DNA from: a virus
Lineage: Duplodnaviria > Caudoviricetes
Direction: 5' to 3' (one strand)
IMG/VR virus record: IMGVR_UViG_3300020045_014690
Coordinates: 1-34,217 of that record
DNA length: 34,217 nt
Positions 20,327 through 27,496 of the stretch are shown here, in pieces (position 1 is the stretch's first letter; the number at the start of each line of letters is the position of its first letter). Under the pieces are notes generated by a model that worked only from the letters and a program-made list of their open reading frames with translations, did no database searches and was not told the DNA's origin. The translations under genes were made by a program, and so were the position numbers.

Positions 20327-20599
20327 ATGAAAAATAATAAAGTAAGAGCTAAAAAAAGATATTTAAAAAAGCACATTTCAGAGCTGGACATTAAAAATAA
20401 TTCTATTTTTATTACACATAACCTTAATTCAAACTGTATTCAAGAATTGATTGATGTATTAAAAGAATTTGAGCCAGATAAAAAATTTTGCATTTTAAAT
20501 TTTATTGCTGATGAAGATATTAAATCATTAGATGATGAGTCATTAAAGAATTTACATAATGAATTAACAGCAATAGTTAATGAGCGAGATATTAAATGA
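20327..20599 (+). CDS. AT-rich hypothetical protein between terminase and portal
   Basis: 90-aa ORF with an ATGA overlap with the portal gene; visibly very AT-rich. Confidence 0.7.
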   Translation: MKNNKVRAKKRYLKKHISELDIKNNSIFITHNLNSNCIQELIDVLKEFEPDKKFCILNFIADEDIKSLDDESLKNLHNELTAIVNERDIK

Positions 20600-21732
20600 A
20601 CCTATCAACAATATTTTCAACAGTATTATCAACCGCCACACAATTCTGGAATAACAACACATCGCCAGCCGCAAACAATGCAGATAAACCTTTTGCATTT
20701 AGCTTTGGAGATCCAGAACCCGTTTTAAACCGAAATGACTGGAGCTGGTTAAATTCCGGTTATTCAGTCAACGGCATGCTTTATATTCCACCGATTAACT
20801 ATGTCGGGCTGGCAAATATGATGGATGCAAATCCTTATCACGGGCCAATCATTCACAAGAAAAAAGATTTATTGCTGCAATGGCTTAATCCTTCGCCCAT
20901 TTGTCCGCAAACTAACAAGCCTTATTTTTCTATGTCGGATATGGAACGGCTGATTTTAGACTTTCTGGTGACAGGCAATCTTTACCCGCAGCGTTTTTTT
21001 AATGGCTTTGGCAACTTTGTCAGAATGGGGCATAAACCAGCGCTTTATACTTTTCGGGGGATTGATCTATCAGGTGAGAATAAAGAATTTTATATTGAAG
21101 AAAAACCGCTGTATGACAATTCACTGGTAAACACTGCCAGCAATATTGTCACTTATGCCCCAGGCGAAGTATTGCAATTGCAAACCCACGACACGCGCCA
21201 ATCCATTTACGGAATGCCAACTTATTTAGGTGGTGTGCAAAATGTGCTGTTATCAGAAGCAAGTACTTTATTTAGGCGCAAATATTACCTGAATGGGGCG
21301 CATTTAGGTTATATCTTGGTAGCGAATGATGCTAATTTTGATGAAAATACAGCAAAAGAGATTGAAGACGCTATCAAACAGGGAAAAGGGGCGGGAGCGT
21401 TTCGGTCTATGTTTTTGAATATTCCGCGCTCACAAAGCCGCGAACCGATTAAAGTGATACCGATCGGGAATTTTGGCACGCAAGATGAATATCAGGCGAT
21501 TAGTGAAGTATCTGAAATGGCTATGTGTGCCATGCACCAAATCCCTCCCAGTGTTGCCAGTATTATTCCTGCGAATACGGGCGGGTTTGGCAAGCCTTCA
21601 GAGGCTTTAGAGTATTATTATTGGACAGGGATTTTGCCAATGCAAAATAAGTTATTGCAGATTAATGAACTGGTCGGTAAGCAAATTATCAGTTTTAAAA
21701 AGCCTGATTTTTTAACGCCAGTTACGAATTAA
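20596..21732 (+). CDS. Portal protein (PBSX/P2 gpQ family)
   Basis: AFSFGDPEPVL, QSIYGMPTY, LFRRKYYLNGAHLGYI and KGAGAFRSMF motifs. Confidence 0.95.
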   Translation: MNLSTIFSTVLSTATQFWNNNTSPAANNADKPFAFSFGDPEPVLNRNDWSWLNSGYSVNGMLYIPPINYVGLANMMDANPYHGPIIHKKKDLLLQWLNPSPICPQTNKPYFSMSDMERLILDFLVTGNLYPQRFFNGFGNFVRMGHKPALYTFRGIDLSGENKEFYIEEKPLYDNSLVNTASNIVTYAPGEVLQLQTHDTRQSIYGMPTYLGGVQNVLLSEASTLFRRKYYLNGAHLGYILVANDANFDENTAKEIEDAIKQGKGAGAFRSMFLNIPRSQSREPIKVIPIGNFGTQDEYQAISEVSEMAMCAMHQIPPSVASIIPANTGGFGKPSEALEYYYWTGILPMQNKLLQINELVGKQIISFKKPDFLTPVTN

Positions 21733-21973
21733 TCAACTGCAAAACTGCGGCACGCTTATTTTCTGGAATTCCAGACATAAATAAATCAAGCGACATTTGA
21801 GAAAACTTTTTAAGAGACGGCTGTACAACATGCCCTAATTGCTCCGTGCCTGCGTAACGCTCTAAGCAAACTTCATTTGTACAAATAAAATACAATGCGC
21901 GCACCGAGTTTGTTATGTCACTTGATGTGCGGCGTTTTAAATCTGCCCCGCATGTTTTGCATTTAAAACACAT
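21722..21973 (-). CDS. ogr: Ogr/Delta-like zinc-finger late transcription activator
   Basis: CKTCG...RTS...LYFICTNEVC pattern (Cx2C-x22-Cx4C). Confidence 0.85.
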   Translation of the reverse strand: MCFKCKTCGADLKRRTSSDITNSVRALYFICTNEVCLERYAGTEQLGHVVQPSLKKFSQMSLDLFMSGIPENKRAAVLQLINS

Positions 21974-22035
21974 GATATTTACCCCTAAAAATCCATGTTC
22001 TAAGTATACCAACATTTTAATTAAATAGGTGTTCT

Positions 22036-22167
22036 ATGAAAAAGCCATCACCGTGTTGCCAAGGTTATCAATTACGCATGTTTATCAGCATGGGAGTTTT
22101 TGAATGCGAACGCTGTCATCGTACTTATCCGCTGGATGACATTTTAAAAGATGATTGTTTGTTGTGA
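22036..22167 (+). CDS. 43-aa Cys-rich microprotein (possible Zn ribbon)
   Basis: MKKPSPCCQG...FECERCHRTY..., preceded by an AGGTG SD; below the ORF-track cutoff. Confidence 0.5.
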   Translation: MKKPSPCCQGYQLRMFISMGVFECERCHRTYPLDDILKDDCLL

Positions 22168-22411
22168 CCAATTTGTGACTAACTTAAAATAATTTAATTT
22201 AAACCTTGCTTGACTTACAACAACTTAAATTAACTTATCTTTTATTCAATGCTTTGCAAAGGATTGATTTTATTATATTGCTGTATGTTTCTGGCTCTCT
22301 CCTAAGGGGTAGGTCACAGGTTCGACTCCTGTCGGGGACGCCAGTTAATTCAAGGCTTTAAGCCGTTTTAATCACAGACATTTTTTTAGGTTGTGACTGA
22401 TTTGTGACTAA
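22161..22411. other. attP region: tRNA-derived core, arm-type repeats and IHF site
   Basis: GTTGTGACCAATTTGTGACTAA (22161-22182) and GTTGTGACTGATTTGTGACTAA (22390-22411) flank the core. IHF consensus AATCAATCCTTTG on the minus strand at 22257-22269. Confidence 0.85.
22299..22343 (+). pseudogene. 3' half of tRNA-Arg(CCT) = att core
   Basis: CTCCTAA anticodon loop, GGGGT, AGGTC, T-arm ACAGG-TTCGACT-CCTGT, acceptor strand and CCA. No D-arm or 5' acceptor strand upstream. Confidence 0.88.
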
Positions 22412-23392
22412 AGACGTGTTATTTGCATAATGCTGTAAATGCTCACTGGACAAGTGAGCATAACGTAAAACCATACTCATATCAGCCCAACCGCCCAACT
22501 CTTTCAACACATGCAACGGTGTACCATTTTGCACATGCCAACTTGCCCAGGTATGCCGTAAATCGTGAAAGCGAAAGTCTGTAATTCCTGCCCGAATTAA
22601 ACTCTTTCGCCACGCTTTGCAGTTTGCCCGATGCAGAATCTTGCCATCATAAGAAAATACATGACTTAAATGCTTTCCAAGCTGATTTTTAATCACACTT
22701 AGCGCATCATCATTTAGCGGTACTGCAAGTGCTTTTTTCCCCTTGGCTTGGTCGGCATGAATCCAGGCGCATTTTCTCACCATGTCCACCTGTGACCACT
22801 GCAACCCGGTAATATTGGTTTCCCGCAATCCGGTTGCCAATGCAAACATCACAATCGGTCTTAAATGCTCTGGCAGTTCATCAAGCAAGATTTTTACCTG
22901 ATCTTGCGTTAGCCAGCGGATCCGCTGCGTGTTATCAGATAACAACTTAATCGCAGGGGGATTATCCAGCCAGTCCCAGTGTTTAGCTGCATTTAAAATT
23001 GCTCTGAGGACCGTCAACATCCGGTTAACAGTTGCCACCGATACACCGGTGGCTATTTTTTCCTGTTTAATCGACTCAATGAGTTTTTTAGTAATTTCAT
23101 CCAGTCGCTTATCGCCTAAAAACCGGTCTAAATAACGCAAGTTCTCTTTCGTGGTTTTCAGGCTACGCTGGCTCTGGTTTTCACCGACATATTTAACGAC
23201 TGCTTCTTGCCACGTATAACGAGGTCTTTCGCCTAATTTATCTGACCGCCATAATTCAGATTTTAGTTTGTCGTGGTATTCCTGCGCTTGCTGCTTGTTG
23301 GCAGTGCCACAACTTTTGCGTATTCGTTTGCCGTCTGGCGCGTAGAAGTCAAGCCAGTAGATCCCGTCTTGGCCTCTTTTTTTGATTGGCAT
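22358..23392 (-). CDS. int: Tyrosine integrase
   Basis: TGLR, HDLRHTWASW, LGGW and RYAH catalytic motifs, an N-terminal arm-binding domain, and position next to att. Confidence 0.96.
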   Translation of the reverse strand: MPIKKRGQDGIYWLDFYAPDGKRIRKSCGTANKQQAQEYHDKLKSELWRSDKLGERPRYTWQEAVVKYVGENQSQRSLKTTKENLRYLDRFLGDKRLDEITKKLIESIKQEKIATGVSVATVNRMLTVLRAILNAAKHWDWLDNPPAIKLLSDNTQRIRWLTQDQVKILLDELPEHLRPIVMFALATGLRETNITGLQWSQVDMVRKCAWIHADQAKGKKALAVPLNDDALSVIKNQLGKHLSHVFSYDGKILHRANCKAWRKSLIRAGITDFRFHDLRHTWASWHVQNGTPLHVLKELGGWADMSMVLRYAHLSSEHLQHYANNTSLVTNQSQPKKMSVIKTA

Positions 23393-23601
23393 GTCATGCC
23401 CTCCTCTTTATCAGTGCCAATCGCTTGCAAAGCGGGGTTATCGTAATCACCCGCTAACCATGCTTCAAGTTTTGTTTGTAAAAACCGCCATTCCCGACCT
23501 ACTTTTTTAGCCGGAAGTTTGTTTTCACGTGCCAGTTTTTCAACCGTTTTAACGCCTATTTTCAAAAAATTAGCAGCTTCGGATAATGTAAAAATATTCA
23601 T
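23263..23601 (-). CDS. xis: Excisionase-like HTH protein
   Basis: FTLSEAANFLKIG...LPAKKVGREWRF. GGAG SD before the ATG at 23601; overlaps the int start. Confidence 0.85.
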   Translation of the reverse strand: MNIFTLSEAANFLKIGVKTVEKLARENKLPAKKVGREWRFLQTKLEAWLAGDYDNPALQAIGTDKEEGMTCQSKKEAKTGSTGLTSTRQTANEYAKVVALPTSSKRRNTTTN

Positions 23602-23621
23602 TCTTTCTCCTAAGTAACGCT

Positions 23622-24203
23622 TCAACGACCATTTTCATAACATTCAACTCCAGCTAACTGCTTAAAAACAGCCCTTTCAAAAAAATCATACTCACGCTGT
23701 TTTTTTGCACGCATTAACGCCTTTTTTTCATCGCTTGATTGTTCAATCCATGTTTCATCGATGTCGACATCATCGAAATCAATCAGGGTCGGTGGTTTTT
23801 TGGCGGTTGGGGTAGGAGAAACAAACGCCGCATTAACGGTTTTTGGAGCGGTTGATTTGTTAGCACCAAAAACGGCTTTATCAATGTTTTTCCAGCGTGA
23901 AACTCGGCGATATAAAGTTTCTGCCTTGATGCCAGTTAGTGCTGCTATTTCTTTAACCGTCCGTTCAGCGCCGTTATATAAATAACGCTTTGCATCATCT
24001 CTAACGGTTTTTCTCGGAATGGGTTTTATCGCCTCTTCTACCGTCATCCCGGCATTAAGCCGCTTAAGCAATACCGACCGGCTTAACTTTGTAGATTCGA
24101 CTAAATCTCTAATGGTTACTTTTTCGCCTGTAGCAGTTGTATAAATATTGGCAGTTGCCCATATTTTTCGTGGTGCTGGGTCATCGGTGTTTAAATCATT
24201 CAT
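23622..24203 (-). CDS. DNA-binding protein with two small HTH repeats
   Basis: Two repeats of G..x.T..(D/E)......L..R, resembling C-terminal DNA-binding repeats of HNH-type proteins; no nuclease motif. Confidence 0.6.
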   Translation of the reverse strand: MNDLNTDDPAPRKIWATANIYTTATGEKVTIRDLVESTKLSRSVLLKRLNAGMTVEEAIKPIPRKTVRDDAKRYLYNGAERTVKEIAALTGIKAETLYRRVSRWKNIDKAVFGANKSTAPKTVNAAFVSPTPTAKKPPTLIDFDDVDIDETWIEQSSDEKKALMRAKKQREYDFFERAVFKQLAGVECYENGR

Positions 24204-24565
24204 TACTCACCACCTAGCAATTCTGGATTATCATGAATGTTGCCGATAAGCTCTAAAACAGACGAATCAAAAGAACATAAAATATTTGTGCTTCCAACCA
24301 CAAACCCTGCATTACACTTAAAGCACCCATTATCAAAAAACACAACGCCACGCGCCTCTAGCTCTCCGTTATACCTAGACATTTTAATAATATCCCCTTC
24401 AAAAATCTTAACGCCGTTTTTATCGGTTAACCCGTATTGTCCTATTGTTTCGGGAGTACAATCATAAACACCACTATTTGCATATATGTGATAATAGCTA
24501 ATTAAATAACCATAAACCCACTCGCCAGTATCGGCTTGTTTTCCTTTAAATAATATCTCTCTCAT
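24203..24565 (-). CDS. YopX-family protein
   Basis: MREILFKGK...WVYG, TIGQY.GL.DKNG..IFEGDI and IGNIHDNPELL motifs. Confidence 0.9.
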   Translation of the reverse strand: MREILFKGKQADTGEWVYGYLISYYHIYANSGVYDCTPETIGQYGLTDKNGVKIFEGDIIKMSRYNGELEARGVVFFDNGCFKCNAGFVVGSTNILCSFDSSVLELIGNIHDNPELLGGE

Positions 24566-24613
24566 GATAAAACCTTGCCAGCTTTAACCGGCTGGCGCGG
24601 TGATAGATTTGAT

Positions 24614-24790
24614 TTATGTTAGCGATTGCCGGTCAGTTACAAACTCAGTACATTTCACAATTACCAACCCATTTAATTGAGGTTTGCGACTAATTGACGG
24701 CATGGTTTTAAAAGGTAATTCGCTGCAATCGTCATTCTGTTTTTTACAAGTTCGGCACATTCCGCCTTTCGGTATGTGTGTTATTTTCAT
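24614..24790 (-). CDS. 58-aa Cys-rich phage hypothetical protein
   Basis: MKITHIPKGGMCRTC...C..LPF..MP...IVKC; ATGA-coupled to the upstream ORF. Confidence 0.65.
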   Translation of the reverse strand: MKITHIPKGGMCRTCKKQNDDCSELPFKTMPSISRKPQLNGLVIVKCTEFVTDRQSLT

Positions 24791-24975
24791 CGTTTAATTC
24801 CCGGCAAGGGTGGTAAAACAGGTTGTGGTTTACGCGGCCAACCATTTAAAGCGGCCAATTTATTTAAAATATGCTCAGCGCGTTTTTTATTAATTGAATG
24901 CGGAAAAACGGCAATATCTACTAGATCGAATAATTCCCGCATGGTTTCCATGTTGTTTATATTGTTATCTGTCAT
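24787..24975 (-). CDS. Hypothetical protein
   Basis: 62 aa, coupled within the early operon. Confidence 0.6.
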   Translation of the reverse strand: MTDNNINNMETMRELFDLVDIAVFPHSINKKRAEHILNKLAALNGWPRKPQPVLPPLPGIKR

Positions 24976-25225
24976 TTTTTATTGCTTTTTTTAGTGTCGG
25001 GTTAAAATTTTGGCTATGTTTTTTTCTTGCCGCAGAAATATAAAAATCCATTATGCTTCTAGTCCCTATTAACTTTCCGGTTAGTTTGCTATAACGCATA
25101 TTTCCGCGCAAAATAATCAGAGTTTTAGTAACTCTAAAAACAGTTTCTATTTTTGTGGTAGATTGCCATCGTAATAAAACCTCATCTCCGGCCTCAACAT
25201 CTTCAACTTTTATTTTTTTATACAT
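24965..25225 (-). CDS. Hypothetical basic protein
   Basis: 86 aa with an SD, in the early operon. Confidence 0.6.
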   Translation of the reverse strand: MYKKIKVEDVEAGDEVLLRWQSTTKIETVFRVTKTLIILRGNMRYSKLTGKLIGTRSIMDFYISAARKKHSQNFNPTLKKAIKNDR

Positions 25226-25254
25226 TTAAGCTCTCTTTTTTACTTGAGAAATAC

Positions 25255-25354
25255 TGTGAAAACACTGTGAAATTGACTGTGAAAATCAGGTAAAGAAGGT
25301 GTGAAAACTGCTGTGAAAGCCTTGTGAAACTTAATTTCACCGCTAAATTTCACA
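25255..25354. repeat. Helically phased TGTGAAA repeat array
   Basis: TGTGAAA at 25255, 25266, 25278, 25300, 25312 and 25323, then inverted TTTCAC at 25335 and 25348. Confidence 0.9.
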
Positions 25355-25380
25355 CCCCCGTCTGGGCAGAGCAGAGCGGG

Positions 25381-25920
25381 TTAAAATTCGCGCCCTTGTT
25401 CTGCTAAAATTTCGCTCAACTGGGCTGAGTAATGAGTGCCTTTATTACCAAACGTCGCTTGTGCTAATCTGGTTTGCGAATAGAAGCCCTTTTGTTGCAT
25501 ATTGTCATAAACATTCACCACCAATTTACTAAACTCGTCCAGTTCTTCATCCGCATTGTTTTCGACTTCATCATAAGCAAGTGTTTCGGTTTGGGTATTA
25601 ATGGCAGAAACTTTTCTATTTGATTTTGATTCAAAAACTAAAAACAAAATCCCGGCAAAAAATGCTAATGCAAATATCACTGAAACAATTAAAGCCCGAT
25701 AAAATAAAACGTTGATTTGCAATTTATAGGCGTGGAATGATTCGTAAATGCTCTCCAAGACAATCGCAATTAATCCGAATAACAAAGCCGCAAAAGCTAA
25801 TAGCAGAATGTTTTTAAAGCCGCTGTTTTCTGTGGCGTTTTGTCCGTTGGAATAGACTATTTTTTCAACGCGCCCGTCATTTGGATTGTCGCGCTGATAG
25901 ATTGGGTATTGTGTTAACAT
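25381..25920 (-). CDS. Two-TM membrane protein with a C-terminal HTH-like domain
   Basis: Two hydrophobic helices, an acidic linker and SQTRLAQATFGNKG...QLSEIL. Confidence 0.7.
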   Translation of the reverse strand: MLTQYPIYQRDNPNDGRVEKIVYSNGQNATENSGFKNILLLAFAALLFGLIAIVLESIYESFHAYKLQINVLFYRALIVSVIFALAFFAGILFLVFESKSNRKVSAINTQTETLAYDEVENNADEELDEFSKLVVNVYDNMQQKGFYSQTRLAQATFGNKGTHYSAQLSEILAEQGREF

Positions 25921-26038
25921 AATTAAACCTTTTATTGTTTATGTTCCCGAAATCTATTTCGGTAACATCAGAAGGGGTAGTGCTTTGGGTCTCAAATCAT
26001 CACACTACCGGTTTAAAGGTGAGGCTACTTCGGTGGCC

Positions 26039-26899
26039 TCATTTATTTTTCAATCTATCTTCGAGCAATCTGAATGCGGTGGCAGCACACAAGGGCACTT
26101 GTCCATTGCCAATGGCTTTAAGTCTGTCCACCCGACCGGCCACCCCATCAGCCACTCGACCCAGTTGGGGTTCAATTTTCCAGTAATCTTTTTTTCGTAG
26201 GCCTCCCGCTCTATCGTGTAATCCAGACGGTCGTCTGAACTGGCCCTGTTGTGGTTTATGCTCCAGCCCTTGTATTGCGTTGCTGTTGGTGTGGGTATCA
26301 TTCGTTTTTTTAACGCTTTGCGGCTGTTGCTGCCTCCGTCCATTCCCGTTGTGTTCGGTGTGTGAAAAAAGTTCAAGTCGTCTGGCAACAATCCAGATTC
26401 TTTCCCGCAAGTGTTTTGCCCCAACATCTGCCGCTGATAACACGCCCCATTCAGCATCGTACCCCAGCGCGGCAAGGTCACTGAGGACAACATCCAGTCC
26501 TCGACTAACGAGCATTGGGCTGTTTTCAATGAATGCGTAACGGGGTCGTACTTCGCCAATAATCCGGGCAAATTCTTTCCATAGTCCGCTTCTTTCTCCG
26601 GTGATTCCTGCTCCTTTTCCGGCTGAGGATATGTCCTGACAAGGAAATCCTCCTGAAACCACGTCAACAAGTCCATGCCAAGGCTTGCCGTCAAAGGTTG
26701 AAACGTCATCCCAAATCGGGAAAGGCGCGAGAAAGCCGTCATTTTGTCGGGAGACAAGAACGCTTGCTGCGTAAGGATTGATTTCGACGGCGCAGACGGT
26801 ATGCCATCCAAGCAATTGTCCACCGATAATTCCACCGCCTGCCCCTGCAAACAAAGCGAGTTCTCGTAATTGTTCATTAATGCTTTGCTGATTAACCAC
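26039..26899 (-). CDS. DNA (cytosine-5) methyltransferase, large polypeptide
   Basis: Motifs I (LFAGAGG), IV (GGFPCQ), VI (ENS), VIII (RERIWIV) and X (GNGQVP); motif IX is not evident. Confidence 0.92.
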   Translation of the reverse strand: MVNQQSINEQLRELALFAGAGGGIIGGQLLGWHTVCAVEINPYAASVLVSRQNDGFLAPFPIWDDVSTFDGKPWHGLVDVVSGGFPCQDISSAGKGAGITGERSGLWKEFARIIGEVRPRYAFIENSPMLVSRGLDVVLSDLAALGYDAEWGVLSAADVGAKHLRERIWIVARRLELFSHTEHNGNGRRQQQPQSVKKTNDTHTNSNAIQGLEHKPQQGQFRRPSGLHDRAGGLRKKDYWKIEPQLGRVADGVAGRVDRLKAIGNGQVPLCAATAFRLLEDRLKNK

Positions 26900-26901
26900 A
26901 A
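26050..26901 (-). CDS. Nested alternative-frame polypeptide carrying MTase motif IX
   Basis: 283 codons open in a second frame, ending GKLNPNWVEWLMGWPVGWT. Confidence 0.75.
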   Translation of the reverse strand: MWLISKALMNNYENSLCLQGQAVELSVDNCLDGIPSAPSKSILTQQAFLSPDKMTAFSRLSRFGMTFQPLTASLGMDLLTWFQEDFLVRTYPQPEKEQESPEKEADYGKNLPGLLAKYDPVTHSLKTAQCSLVEDWMLSSVTLPRWGTMLNGACYQRQMLGQNTCGKESGLLPDDLNFFHTPNTTGMDGGSNSRKALKKRMIPTPTATQYKGWSINHNRASSDDRLDYTIEREAYEKKITGKLNPNWVEWLMGWPVGWTDLKPLAMDKCPCVLPPHSDCSKID

Positions 26902-27005
26902 TTTATTTCTCCCTATTCAACTTCGAAAGCATCGTTGACCGGCATAATGCCGTAATCGAAAAATGTAGTTTGTAATTCACTCATGGTTTTTTCTCCAGAT
27001 TAGTC

Positions 27006-27113
27006 TCATTGCAAAATAGCAACGGTAATAAAAGCTGTGGCTATTAATCCCACCACAGCGCATACGCATAAAATAATCAAACATTCCTGCGCTTCTTGTT
27101 GTTCTTCTGTCAT
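27006..27113 (-). CDS. 35-aa single-TM microprotein
   Basis: MTEEQQEAQECLIILCVCAVVGLIATAFITVAILQ, with a GAGGGG SD. Confidence 0.5.
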   Translation of the reverse strand: MTEEQQEAQECLIILCVCAVVGLIATAFITVAILQ

Positions 27114-27135
27114 TAATTCCCCCTCTATTTTAAAA

Positions 27136-27490
27136 ATACCCCTACATGCTGTTGTCGGAGTTAGGTAACAGGGTAACGGCACCCTATTAAATCAATGTTT
27201 TTACGTTAAAAAATAAATGCTTATAAAAATACTCTCTCAGGTAACAGCCGGGTAACAGGCTTTTTTTAAAAATTTACAAAAACATCGTTAAAGCTACACC
27301 AGATAAGGCCTACAGCGTTTTTATTATCGGGTAACAAGTCAGGTAACAGCAGGGTAACAAGACGAGTAACAGTGTTACCTCAATGTTACCTAGATGTTAC
27401 TTCTAAAATACATAGTTAATTACTTGATTAATAAAGGTTTAAAAATATCTGTTACCCTGTTACCTAACTCCGACAACCGTGTAGGGGTAT
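27136..27490. repeat. Putative replication origin: GGTAACA iterons bounded by a 27-bp perfect inverted repeat
   Basis: 27151-27177 = reverse complement of 27451-27477. About 8 forward and 5 reverse GTAAC-core copies, AT-rich spacers and an IHF consensus at 27417-27429 (minus). Directly downstream of rep. Confidence 0.85.
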
Positions 27491-27496
27491 GAAAAT

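Noticed and set aside
21733-22300. P2-type cos site
   Set aside because: No recognisable match to the P2 19-nt cohesive end near the portal or att.
22299-22343. Functional tRNA gene
   Set aside because: The 5' acceptor strand and D-arm are absent; it is the att core.
25255-27490. CRISPR arrays
   Set aside because: The repeats are 7-mers with 4-5 nt spacers; there is no repeat/spacer structure and no cas genes.
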